From Octopus sinensis (Eukaryota), in assembly GCF_006345805.1 (NCBI RefSeq), contig NW_021833118.1:19155-83154 (forward strand): a stretch of DNA of 64,000 nucleotides. Direction: 5' to 3'. The notes below the pieces were generated by a model. The model had not been told where the DNA came from. It was given only the letters and a program-made list of their open reading frames with translations, and did no database searches. The first letter of the stretch is position 1. Each line of letters begins with the position of its first letter. Both the position numbers and the translations under genes were made by a program. Shown piece by piece: positions 52,163 through 64,000 of this stretch.

Positions 52163-54935
52163 ATAGGAATAAAAAATGGAGTCAACGCAGGTTTAAACAA
52201 GTATTTTTTCTTTCTACATATGTTTCAAAAATTCCACTGATACTTATTCAAAAGAATAAAAGGTATAAACAATGCAATCTTCTCTTCGGGAAGTGAAAAA
52301 ACGAAACTTGTCAATACGACATTTTAGCAAAAAATGATGGATTCGTATAGCGATAGACAGAACGCTATTAATATTGTTTAAAAAAACGTTATATGATATA
52401 ACGTCATAAGTAGCTAACAGAAAGAGTAGGGATATTAATAGTGAATGTTAAATATAAAGGAAATTAAAGTCTAAACTATATAATGATAGAGACTACTTAT
52501 ATGCACTAAAAGTATGCTTTTGCCAATGCTTACATCTGTATGCTCGTTCTATAACCGTGTTTACTAGAGTATTTTTAGAAAAAATAATGAAAAATAGCTC
52601 AGAATTGCAGAGAAGACAGAATTTCTTGCCTTGTCATATGGTATCGAAATTGAGAGGATCAACCATTCCAAATGAAATTGTTCATTGTGGTCTTTTAAAT
52701 TCCAAATCAGTTTGCTGAGACCGGTACTATTCCGTTTATTCTATCTCTAAATGTTGAGTAATGGATAGAATTTCTCTTAGATAACTCTAACGATGTGCTT
52801 CCAATGTAAAATCGTACTTTATTACGAGTACTGATTATACACTGGTATATAGAATTTTTAATCTTAGAGTTACTTGACATAATTTAATTCTATTGGGATT
52901 GACTTCAGATACAATAACCTTGTTATTAATATTTCTAGAGGGTTGGATGGTAGTAGCTAAATTAATGTTAGTATTAGTAAATGTATTAATATTTAACAGT
53001 TTGTTATTATGAGAAGATATAATTTGCAAGAGATTTTTTGTGTTTGAAAAACCTATCCTAACCTTATGTGAATTAATTATAGAGTAATATCTAGAATTAT
53101 TTGGAAAATTCCTAGCAATAGCTTGACGAAACAGCAGTGGGAGATTAGATTTAATTTGTCTCCCGTAAGGAATTATTAACCAAATATTTTTACTAGTATT
53201 CATAGCGTAATTACTTTTGAAGGTGTTATATTTACTTTTAGATCGGTAATAGGGGAATAAATAAGGGTTATCTGCCTTCATTCGCTTTGTATCGGTGCGT
53301 AAGTTATGTTTGTTATCAATAATTCTTTTACGACTAGAAATCTTATCTACATTATTGAATTTACAATTAGACTGAGCAGAATCAATGTAGAAATTTTTTC
53401 TGTATAACCTGCTTTGATTAAGAATTTAGTTAAGAATATTTCATTTAGATTATCTAAATTATCTGCTAATGTTGATATTTTCAATAATAACGCTGAATTC
53501 TATAACTCTGCCTTAATCAAAGCAGGTTATACAGAAAAAATTTTCTACATTGATTCTGCTCAGTCTAATTGTAAATTCATAATGTAGATAAGATTTCTAG
53601 TCGTAAAAGAATTATTGATAACAAACATAACTTACGCACCGATACAAAGCGAATGAAGGCAGATAACCCTTATTTATTCCCCTATTACCGATCTAAAAGT
53701 AAATATAACACCTTCAAAAGTAATTACGCTATGAATACTAGTAAAAATTTGGTTAATAATTCCTTACGGGAGACAAATTAAATCTAATCTCCCACTGCTG
53801 TTTCGTCAAGCTATTGCTAGGAATTTTCCAAATAATTCTAGATATTACTCTATAATTAATTCACATAAGGTTAGGATAGGTTTTTCAAACACAAAAAATC
53901 TCTTGCAAATTAATCTTTCTCATAATAACAACTGTTAAATATTAATACATTTACTAATACTAACATAATTTAGCTACTACCATCCAACCCTCTAGAAATA
54001 TTAATAACAAGGTTATTGTATCTGAAGTCAATCCCAATAGAATTAAATTTATGTCAAGTAACTCTAAGATTAAAAATTCTATATACCAGTGTATAATCAG
54101 TACTCGTAATAAAGTACGATTTACATTGGAAGCACATCGTTAGAGTTATCTAAGAGAATTTCATCCCATTACTCAACAGATATTTAGAATAGAAATAAAC
54201 GGATAGTACCGGTCTCAGCAACTGATTTGGAATTTAAAAGACCACAATGAACATTTCATTTGGAATGGTTGATCCTCTCAATTTCGATACCATATGACAA
54301 AGGCAAGAAATTCTGTCTTCTCTGCAATTCTGAGCTATTTTTCATTATTTTTTCTAAAAATACTCTAGTAAACACGGTTATAGAACGAGCATACAGATGT
54401 AAGCATTGGCAAAAGCATACTTTTAGTTGCATATAAGTAGTCTCATCATTATATATAGTTTAGACTTTAATTTCCTTTATATTTAACATTCACTATTAAT
54501 ATCCCTACTCTTTCTGTTAGCTACTTATGACGTTATATCATATAACGTTTTTTTAAACAATATTAATAGCGTTCTGTCTATCGCTATACGAATCCATCTT
54601 TTTTGCTAAAATGTCGTATTGACAAGTTTCGTTTTTTCACTTTCCCGAAGAGAAGATTGCATTGTTTATACCTTTTATTCTTTTGAATAAGTATCAGTGG
54701 AATTTTTGAAACATATGTAGAAAGAAAAAATACTTGTTTAAACTGCGTTGACTCCATTTTTTTATCCTATTATTCAATATTCAACGTAAACACGAAGTTT
54801 CACAACCTTTATAAACAAGGAGTTCAAACATCTTTACTTGTGAGATTTTTCTGCCCTGGTAACTATTCATTCATTTATCCGTGTTAATTGTTAACAAGGT
54901 AAAATACACTCATCTATTTATAATACTAATATATA
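52163..54935. mobile_element. Penelope-like element 3' fragment (RT thumb, linker, GIY-YIG) in fold-back arrangement: minus copy 52163-53422, plus copy 53423-54935
   Basis: Peptides NLVKNISFRLSKLSANVDIFNNNAEFYNSALIKAGY, KNIWLIIPY..KVRIGFSNTKNLLQIISSHN and SIYQCIIS..FYIGST. Arms are ~1.26 kb with an 89 bp spacer (53423-53511). Confidence 0.85.
54640..54724 (+). ncRNA. Degenerate type I hammerhead ribozyme motif in Penelope 3' region (mirror ~52208-52293)
   Basis: CTTTC-CCGAAGA-GAAGATT...AATTTTT-GAAAC-ATAT-GTA-GAAAG: stems I, II and III can pair. The core has C in place of U4. Confidence 0.55.
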
Positions 54936-55654
54936 TATATATCTATATATAGGCGTAGGAGTGGCTTGTGGTAAGTAGCTTGCTTACCAACCACATGGTT
55001 CCAGTTTCAGTCCCACTGCGTGTCACCTTGGGCAAGTGTCTTCTACTATAGCCTCGGGCCGACCAAAACCTTGTGAGTGGATGTGGTAGACGGAAACTGA
55101 AAGAAGCCCGTCGTATACATGTATATATATATATATGTATATGTGTGTGTGTGTCGTTGTGTGTCTGTCTTTGTCCCCCCCCCCCAACATCACTTGACAT
55201 CGATGCTGGTGTGTTTACGTCCCCGTAACTTAGCGGTTCGGCAAAAAGAGAACGATAGAGAAGTACTAAGCTTCCAAAAAATGATTCTTGGGTCGATTTG
55301 CTCGACTAAAGGCGGTGCTCCAGCATGGCTACAGTCAAATGACTGAAATAATTAAAAGAGTATATATATGCTTTCGGTGAAAATGTTTTGTTATTCGGAG
55401 CGAAGTTTTACAATCCTGTAAATATAAATGTCATTTATATAAGCTTATAGTTTATAGCGATCACCTTGCAATGACTAAGGAAATAGTATAATAATGTGGC
55501 ATATAAGCCCTCGAAAGAAAAAAGTAAGCTTCCCCAGCCGCATCGGACTCGAACCCCACATACCTTTGCTAACGCGACTAAGTGTAATATATAGTTTTTT
55601 TTGTTTTTTTATTTTTAAACAAACTTCTATATGCTTTCTGTGCGAATGGTTTTG

Positions 55655-56012
55655 TACGCGACATGGTGAACCATACGTGCATGACGTATAATCTCTACGT
55701 GGTTAAATCATATCAAGATAAACAGCACATGACCTTGCAGGTGGGGCCTAATTAAAATTTTCTTCAGATCAAGTAACCGAAACCGTTCGAAAGGTCCTTC
55801 AACAGGGGTTGTTTAAGTATATTGAACGAAACATCTATGTTCCTAGAGGTGAATTATCCAAACCCCAAAGAATTCCTCTCAACATATGATGCTCTCTACT
55901 ACTCTGGTAGTGATCTGAGATACGCATATCGTCAGCCACTAAAGGACACGTTCAACTGGTTATGGTCAAACGACTGTAGTATTGAGCAGAATATTTGCAG
56001 TAGCCCATCTTC
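55655..56012 (-). mobile_element. Diverged copy of the 44860-45322 repeat family
   Basis: AACAGCACATGACCTTGCAGGTGGGGCC..GAGCAGAATATTTGCAGTAGCCCATCTT. Confidence 0.75.
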
Positions 56013-56039
56013 TTCTTATTATTCTTTTTATTATTATGG

Positions 56040-56800
56040 AGGACTTTTCGGTCGAGAACTATCATAGATAATTTCCAGATATCCTTGGCCTGCAGTGCTA
56101 CTTGGGAGGGGGCGCTACCGGCTCGGGACAAGTTCTGCAGGCACGGATGTACTGACAGACGGACTTGTCCGAATTGCGCGCAGAGTGATGAAACCGTTCT
56201 GCACGCCCACGTTTAGTGTCCGGGCATTGCTGACTTGTAGGGTATATCTTGAACAGCTGCTGTCACGTGTGGAACGGATCCGTCTATTGGCCGAGTCTGT
56301 ACTGATAATTGTACCGCCGCCCTCCTACGATCGGGCAGACAAGGCAGTTTTCCTTTGCCTGGTGACGGGCGAAAGAGACTATTTGGTGAACAATGCTGAA
56401 AGGTATGAGGACAAATACATTCCTCTTTGGTAGAGTTCTCATTGACTTCTTCAAGTTTCACTTGAAAAAGAAATTGAAAGTGTAGATGCAAGAGCTGTCC
56501 TCAAGTGAGTTTATTGAAAGGTGGGAAAAGGTTGCGAAAATGGCAAGAGTGGAAGGTAACTCTCTAAGTGTAGACCTGTGAGTGGAAGAGAAGGAATTGG
56601 AGAGGGCACTTACTCATAGGGTTTCAGAAAAATCTCGGACGGTGGGGTTCCTCGATTATCCCTAGAAACGTTCCTGTATCAGGAGGACCACATCTCTATC
56701 ATCCCCTCCATCATCACCATTTCTCTTTGTACCTCTGTATGCTATGCATGTCTCCTATTTCCCAGTGTATACCGTATATACCTTTTTTCTTTTATTATTT
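56040..56800 (+). mobile_element. Decayed 3' fragment of an L1/Tx1-type LINE
   Basis: VYLEQLLSRVERIRLLAESV..AVFLCLV is homologous to VYVEQLLSRVGRIRLSAESI..AVFLCLVAVAK at 62850-63000. Confidence 0.8.
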
Positions 56801-56811
56801 CTCTGTTATAT

Positions 56812-57155
56812 GTGAAGGCGCATGGCTCAGTGGTTAGAGCGTCGAGCTTACGATCGTGAGGTTGGGAGCTCGAATCCCGGACCGGGCTGAGTGTTGTGTT
56901 CTTGAGCAAGGCACTTTATTTCACGTTGCTCCAGTTCACTCAGCTGTAGAAATGAGTTGCGACGTCACTGGTGTCAAGCTGTATCGACCTTTGTCTTTCC
57001 CTTGGATAACACTGGTGGCGTGGAGAGGGGAGGCTGGTATGCATGGGCGACTGCTGGTCTTCCATAAACAACCTTGCCCGGACTTGTGTCTAGGAGGGTA
57101 ACTTTCTAGGTGCAATCCCATGGTCATTCATGACCGAAGTGGGTCTTTACCCTTT
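56812..57155 (+). mobile_element. tRNA-derived SINE
   Basis: GAAGGCGCATGGCTCAGTGGTTAGAGCG A-box; GCTCGAATCCCGG B-box. Confidence 0.85.
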
Positions 57156-57203
57156 ATATGTAAACCCCAACACTTTATGTCTGTCTCTGTATGTTTATTA
57201 GTA

Positions 57204-57239
<36 letters not shown>

Positions 57240-57274
57240 TATTATTATTATTACTATTATTATTATTATCATCA

Positions 57275-57334
<60 letters not shown>

Positions 57335-57338
<4 letters not shown>

Positions 57339-58255
57339 TTAGTATATTTTTTATATCGTGCTTTCACTTCACTACCGAGCTCAGCTCTGTGTGCCTTTGT
57401 TGTGATGCTCTGATGGTTATTGTATTGAAAGTGTTCTGCATAGGATGTGTGCAGTGCCTAGTAGTGCAATTTTCTGTATGTTATATGTGTTTGTAAGTCC
57501 TGGTGTTTTTGCTATGTATTTGTCTGAATATTTTTTTTATCATGCGTAATGCACCTACTATGATAGGAATTGTTTCTGCTTTTAGATTCCACATTCTGCT
57601 TACCTCTATTTCCAGGTCTTTGTATTTTGAAAGTTTCTCCATTTCTTTTAGAGACACGTTGTCATCCGCTGGTATTGATACATCAATTAGAAAGCATTTT
57701 TTCCCTTCATGATCTCTGACAACTATATCTGGCCTATTGGCCTTAATTTCTCTATCCGTGTGTATTGGCATATCCCAGAGTATGGTTGCTTTCTCGTTTT
57801 CTGTGACCTTTTCTGGTGTGTGCCTATACCATCGTTTTTCTGTTGATATTCCATAATGTTGGCATAGTTTCCAGTGTATATAGGTCTCAACTCTGTCGTG
57901 TCTGTGAATATATTCCTTCTTAGCCAGGACTGGGCAGCCAGAGATAATATGATTTATTGTTTCTTGTCCATCTCCGCATATTCTGCATTTACTTGTTATA
58001 TTTCTTTTCATTACATGTTTTTGGTAATTTCTGGTGGGGAGGCTTTGGTCTTGTGCTGCAATTAAAAATCCTTCTGTCTCTGCTTTGAGTCCTGAGCTTC
58101 TCAACCATTGTTGGGATTTTTCTTTGTCTATTTCTTTAGCATTTAGTTTAGTCCAGTATTTGTCATGAAGGGCTTTTCTTGCCATCGTTTTATCATGTTT
58201 CGTTGCTGTTCTATTTTTAGTTTGGATTTCATTTGTTTTATAGCTTTTGTTGTTT
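57335..58255 (-). mobile_element. 5'-truncated R4/Dong-like LINE
   Basis: ORF 57481-58185: LKAETEGFLIAAQDQSL, CRICG..H....C, RHD, RPDIV. The 3' end abuts (AAT)n. Confidence 0.92.
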
Positions 58256-58818
58256 CTTCTTCTCTTCTTCTTCTCTTCTTCTTCTTCTCTTCTTCTTCTT
58301 CTTCTTCTCTTCTTCTTCTTCTTCTTCTTCTTCTTCTTCTTCTTCTTCTCTCTTCTTCTTCTCTTCTCTTCTCCTTCGTCTAGGGTACCGGTCCGTTCAT
58401 TTCTGTTGTCACATTGTTTTGAACGTGTAGTTTTTCGTACATTTTATGTTGTAAGTTTACAGTACGTACTTCCCGATTGTTATTCTTGGGTTGAATAATA
58501 CCGGTATTGTTTCATTTATTCGTAGTTTTTTTGTACATGGTGTTTGGGGCCGGATATGATCTGGTGTTGATGGATCGCAATGTATCAAGCATGTTTACAT
58601 GTGTTGTGTTAGAGGTGGAGATGATATCGAGTTAAAATACATCATTTCGTTTTGAAAATAGTAATAAATTTCAATGAGTATTACTTACTCGGATATAGTC
58701 CAATACTTTGTCAGTTATTTTTTAGCTCCATGCGATGTCTCTGTTTCCGATGTTTGTGGATAGATTTCGGAGCACTGTTTTATCGCTCTCACATGTTTAA
58801 CGTCCCCGGTGTAATCTC

Positions 58819-58884
<66 letters not shown>

Positions 58885-58889
<5 letters not shown>

Positions 58890-59315
58890 TAGTTTTATTT
58901 TTATAGCGTGCTTTCACTTCACTAACGAGCGCAGCTCTGTGTGCCTTGGGTATGTGCTGTGATTTGTTGTGATGCTCTGATGGTTATTGTATGGAAAGTG
59001 TACTGCGTAGGATGTGTGCAGTGCCTAGTAGTGCAATTTTCTGTATGATATATGTGTTTGTAAGTCCTGGTGTTTTTGTTATGTATTTGTCTGAATATTT
59101 TTTTATCATGCGTAATGCACCTACTATGATAGGAATTGTTTCTGTTTTCAGATTCCACATTCTGGTTACCTCTATTTCCAGGTCTTTGTATTTTGAGAGT
59201 TTCTCCATTTCTTTTAGAGACACGTTGTCATCTGCCGGTATTGATACATCAATTAGCATTTTTTTTCTTCATGATCTCTGACAACTATATCTGGTTTGTT
59301 GGCCTTAATTTCTAT
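58885..59315 (-). mobile_element. 5'-truncated R4/Dong-like LINE, same family as 42231 and 57335
   Basis: IDVSIPADDNVSLKEMEKLSKYKDL..; (AAT)n on both sides. Confidence 0.9.
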
Positions 59316-59346
59316 CTGTTATTATTGTTATTATTATTATTATTAT

Positions 59347-59378
<32 letters not shown>

Positions 59379-59379
59379 T

Positions 59380-59415
<36 letters not shown>

Positions 59416-60725
59416 TATTATTATTACCATTATTATTATTATTATTAGTTCAAATTCTGCAGCGGTCGATTTTGCCTTTCATCCTTTCGGGGGTCGATAA
59501 ATTAAGTACCAGTGAGACCCTGGGGTCGATGCAATCGACTATCCCCATCCTCAAACTTTCAGGCCTTGTGCCTATAGTAGAAGGATTATCATCATCATCT
59601 TCATCATCATCATCATCATCATCATTATTATTATTATTATTATTATTATTGGCTTTGTACTTTGGACGAAATTGACGGAGACTTGACATTTGAATGTCTG
59701 TATTTGAGTTCAAGTCGAACATAAGTGCAAAGCTGAAATTGCTTTAAGGTGCCAGAGTCGTTAGCACGCTGGACGAAATGCTTAGTGGTATTTCGCCGTT
59801 ACATTCTTATTTCAAATTCCGCCGTGTTTGACTTTGCCTTTCATCCTTTCGGGGTCGATAAATTAAGTACCAGTTACGCACTGGGGTCGATGTAATCGAC
59901 TTAATACCTATGTCTGTCCTTGTTTGTTCCCTCTGTGTTTAGCCCCTTGTGGGTAATAAAGAAATAGGTATTTCGCCGTCCGTCTTAACGTTTTGAACTC
60001 ATATCTCACTGGGGTAGACTTTGCCTTTTGTCCTTTCGAAGACCCATAAAGTGAGTACCAGTTGAGCCCTAGGGTCGCCAAAATTGGAAAACATTGTTAT
60101 TGTTGTAATTTTGGAAGCGAGTCGGACTGGATATATTGTCTTCGTGGTCAAGACAAATAAAAGACATGAAACCCTGATCAGAAGGCTATAGAAGCAGCTT
60201 TCTTTTTTATATCAAAGCTTTCTATTCGACATTATATACCACCTATTATAATCGCTACACTTTCAATGACCTGAAAATCAGAGTGTGTCGTACATGACCT
60301 AGTTCGTTACCCTGAATAGACGTGATTGTGGCTTCAAATTCAATGTGGTATTAACTGCTTTGCTTTCTTTCGCCCACGAACAAACATTTTTTACCACACC
60401 CTACTTTTAAAGAATTGTCGTTTTATTTTTAACTGAAACGTATGAGCATAAATTTTGTTAGGGTTTGTTGCCCCGTTTGTTTAGGATAGTAAAAAACTTG
60501 CTGTTGAATATCTCACAACTATGGGGTCTCTTTAATTTTTTTTTACCAAGGCCGGAGATCTCACCAGTTTTTATATTTAAAGCCATTAGGAAAACGAAAC
60601 TTTTGCATTATTCCCGAGATTGTATTTCATTGTTCATTGACCAGACAGATAATTAAAACTAAGAATGTTTGTATGTGTTGTCACTTATTCAACAAATGTC
60701 AACATGACCGTAATTCATTCATATA

Positions 60726-60767
<42 letters not shown>

Positions 60768-61030
60768 ATGTATGTATTTGTATATGTATGTATATTAGCT
60801 AAGCTGGTTCTGCTTGTGTAGCAAGCATTGCTTTGCTATGAAATGCTCGTAGTCCATGTTTTACTTGTTACATTCCTTGCTGCCTTGAATCTTTTATTCG
60901 CCTATTTATGCAACTTTAGTTGCTAAACTGTGTGTTGCAAGGTAATCGTCAGCTTATCGAAATTACTTTTGATTTCAATATGGGACAAAGTGTGCAACTT
61001 ACGTTGTTACTAAATTCGATTTATTGTATA

Positions 61031-61414
61031 CTAGCAGTATCACCCGGCGTTGGTCGGGTTTGTAAGGGAAATAACTATAAAGCATTTTTAGAGAGTTATA
61101 GCCAAAAAATAGCAAAAAAATGGAAAAAAAAATGATGGTAAATTTTTTTTGAGAGTTAAAAGGTCGAGTTGCGTCCCCTAGACAGTCTGTGGTTTGTGTT
61201 TCTGATTCTCGCCCCCATGTCGAATTTATCGATTTTTTTCAGAACTGGGGGAACTTTTCAAAATTTTCTCTGCGTTAGTTTTGAATTATGACATTGGGCT
61301 ATGTGTGTATCAAGTTTCATCAGAATCGGTTGAAAGCCGTGGTCAGGGTGAGGGTACAACCTAACAGACACACAGACACACACACAGACAAACTGCCGTT
61401 TATATAGAGAGAGA
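61031..61414 (-). mobile_element. Non-autonomous Helitron, same family as 2824-3193
   Basis: Minus strand A|TCTC...hairpin..CTAG|T; inserted at AT with no target-site duplication. Confidence 0.88.
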
Positions 61415-61633
61415 TTCTCTACATTTTCTCATCTGTACTAGCTGCATACATCCATACTAACATCCTTCGCCACGATTTTTGAATTATACTAACCTCTTAC
61501 TATACATACATGCATATACATAATATATAGATATGCATATATATATATATGTGTATATTTATATATATATCACCATTCACAAAGAGCAAATCCGCCACCC
61601 CACAATAGAGACAGTTCGTTTCAGTCTCTTACC

Positions 61634-61687
<54 letters not shown>

Positions 61688-62289
61688 TCTTATAATCATC
61701 AATAATAATGACCTTTTTGACTAGTAATACTCTAAATGTATATATTTGTCTCTACCTGTCATAAATAGCCTTTTTATATCTACAATATGCACTTTGGTTG
61801 ATTTTTCATATTCTACCCTTACATTTCCACGTGTATTTTATATTTTTTTTCAAAACATATTTCTATTATATTTCACTACATTGCAAGAAGAGTTATTTTT
61901 ATGCATTTTACAACATTTCATTAAAATCTAGGTGTTGTTCTTATCACACACACACACACACACTGACAAAATAGACGATTGACCACGCATTTTTTCATTG
62001 GCTCTTTTCACACGACCATATATAGACTGCATTATTTTCATTGACACTTTTGATTTGACACAACCTATTTACGTAAATACAGAGATTTGGAACGCTCTGA
62101 AAAAGATTTGGTGGCCACGGTTGGAAATCTCCTAAAATGGGTTATCATATCTGGGATGTTGGTGGCGCTTTCCACAAATAAGTTCATTTTTTAATAAGAT
62201 TGAAATTTAAATTAGAAAACAAAATTTGTGAAATTATGTTATTATCAATTAGGTTTTTTCTTATATATATATATATATATAAAGGGAGG

Positions 62290-64000
62290 AAATAATTGTA
62301 TAAAATAGAAAGAAAACATGTAAAAGAAAAATAGAAAAAAAACAAAAACTACCGATAGTTTTCTGTTTTTCTTGGACGGATCACCAAGAATAATTAATTC
62401 TTTTTTATTGGCCACAAGGGCTGACACACATGATTTGAAAACATAAAGGAACAAAACAGGACGAAAGGTTACAAAGGGTTTTGTCCGTTTTTGAAAAATC
62501 CGTGTAAACAACAGTGTAACAATGAAAATATTTAACAACGAAAAACTCCCAATAGGGGGAGGCGTTACGAAAGGTTCCTGGTGGAAAAAACCCATAAAAG
62601 CCAACGGGAGCCTAGTCAAAAAGGGGGGTAGAGAGCCCCTTTTCTCCTTTTATAGTACCTTTTTGAATTACAGGCGAAACCTGAGAACTGGTCCATTTAT
62701 ACTGGCCATTCTCGCACAATTCACCCACCTTTCAGTAAACTTGCTATCGGACAGCACTCTCCTCTCTAACCTCATCTTCCTTTTCAAGTGAAACTTGAAA
62801 AAGTTGATGAGGTCTTGACCAAAGAGGAAAGTGTCTGACTTTAGCCCTTTCAAACGGGTCCACCATACAACCTCTTTCGCTACAGCCACTAGGCACAAGA
62901 AAACTGCTTCGCCCTCCTTCTTAAAGGGCAATCTTCACTATGGATTCGGCCGATAGCCGGATCCGTCCTACACGTGACAGTAGCTGTTCGACATAAACCC
63001 ATAGTTCAGCAATACTCGGGCACTGGACGAGTGCATGCAGAACGGTTTCGTCGTCCTGGCAACACCTCGGACAGGCCCGACTGACGGCACTTCCGTGCCG
63101 GTAGAGTTTATCCCGAACAGGCAGAGCCCCTCGGTAGCACTGCCAGGCGAGCGACCTCTGGAAATTGTCCATTGGCCCCGGCCCGAAAGTCCTCCCGAAC
63201 AGACCGCTCAGTTCGTTATCGTCAACGCCTAGAGTTTCCCCGAGAACGTCGTCGCATTTTTCCTCCACTAACCCTCTATAGAACGCTAGAGTGGAGCTGA
63301 AACCGATCGCATTGCCCGCCTGGCGGAGGGCGGAGAGAGCTTGAGGGCACTCGAGGTGCCAAGCGTCCTTTCTCGGTCTACGTTTGATCCAGGTCTGCAG
63401 CTCTGTCAAAGAGACGAGCTGCGGAAAGTCGCGTCTGACAAAAGACGACCACACCTGATCACCGTCTAGGAAACGCTTGAGATGTCGCAGCCTGAGCGCA
63501 TGTCTGCGCATCAGTAACCACGGCATGCCAAGGCCTCCGTTCAGCGGTCGTTGACAGCAGATGGATCGCCTGACCAGTGGCACCTGACCCTTCCACAAAA
63601 AGTCGAAGAGCAGGCGTACCAGCTTGGCCAACCAGCAGTCGGGACAAGGGACGACGGTCAAGCGGTAATAGATGACGGATGCGATGTACGCATTCGCCAT
63701 CTCCGCTCGACCTTTCAGGGACAGCTTCCTCTCGGCCCATTTCTGGGTGAGACGTGCCACCCTGCTCGTCACCTCTTCCCAGTTTTTATCCACCTGGAGG
63801 TCCGGACCGAACCAGACCCCGAGCAGTTTAACGGGTCCATCTGTCCAGCGCCCTACGACGCTGTTGGACGGCATGGGCTTGCCTCTCCAGGTGCCCAGTT
63901 GCAAGCCCACAGACTTTTCCGCGTTAATCTTTGCCCCTGTCACCGCTTCGTACTCGTTGAGTGTGTCGCCAATCAGGCCAATGTGCCTGTGGCTCGACAC
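62290..64000 (-). mobile_element. L1/Tx1-type LINE: ORF2 C-terminus (RT end, zf-RVT) and 3' UTR; runs off window end
   Basis: YEAVTGAKINAEKS, VKLLGVWF, LSLKGRA, GGLGMP, GALPVRDKL..CPRC...ETVLHALVQC; frameshift near 62930. Confidence 0.9.

Noticed and set aside
58380-58820. Non-repetitive segment between two R4/Dong fragments
   Set aside because: No recognisable ORF or motif; could not be assigned.

Overview
AT-rich, microsatellite- and retroposon-dense animal DNA. The tRNA-derived SINEs and (AAT)n/(TA)n load suggest an octopod cephalopod (inference). The dominant structure is a giant imperfect palindrome: left arm 1-18929, spacer about 2.6 kb, right arm 21554 to at least 46479. It carries two convergent multicopper oxidase (laccase-like) genes. 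Each gene has a single ~2 kb exon encoding the whole ectodomain and a distant small anchor exon that the ORF track misses. The left anchor exon encodes a type I transmembrane helix plus an RKQKN tail. The right copy has a net -1 frameshift that keeps the hydrophobic run but removes the tail, giving a GPI-signal-like end. A third, mosaic laccase pseudo-exon lies inside the right gene's intron. The arms differ by reciprocal Helitron insertions, R4/Dong insertions in (AAT)n and microhomology-flanked deletions. The spacer holds a 5'-inverted RTE and a ~100 bp-arm hairpin. Outside the palindrome are a 2.6 kb fold-back Penelope-like fragment with a degenerate hammerhead motif, further R4/Dong fragments, SINEs and an L1/Tx1 LINE. 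All comparisons were made by eye; no alignments or database searches were run.
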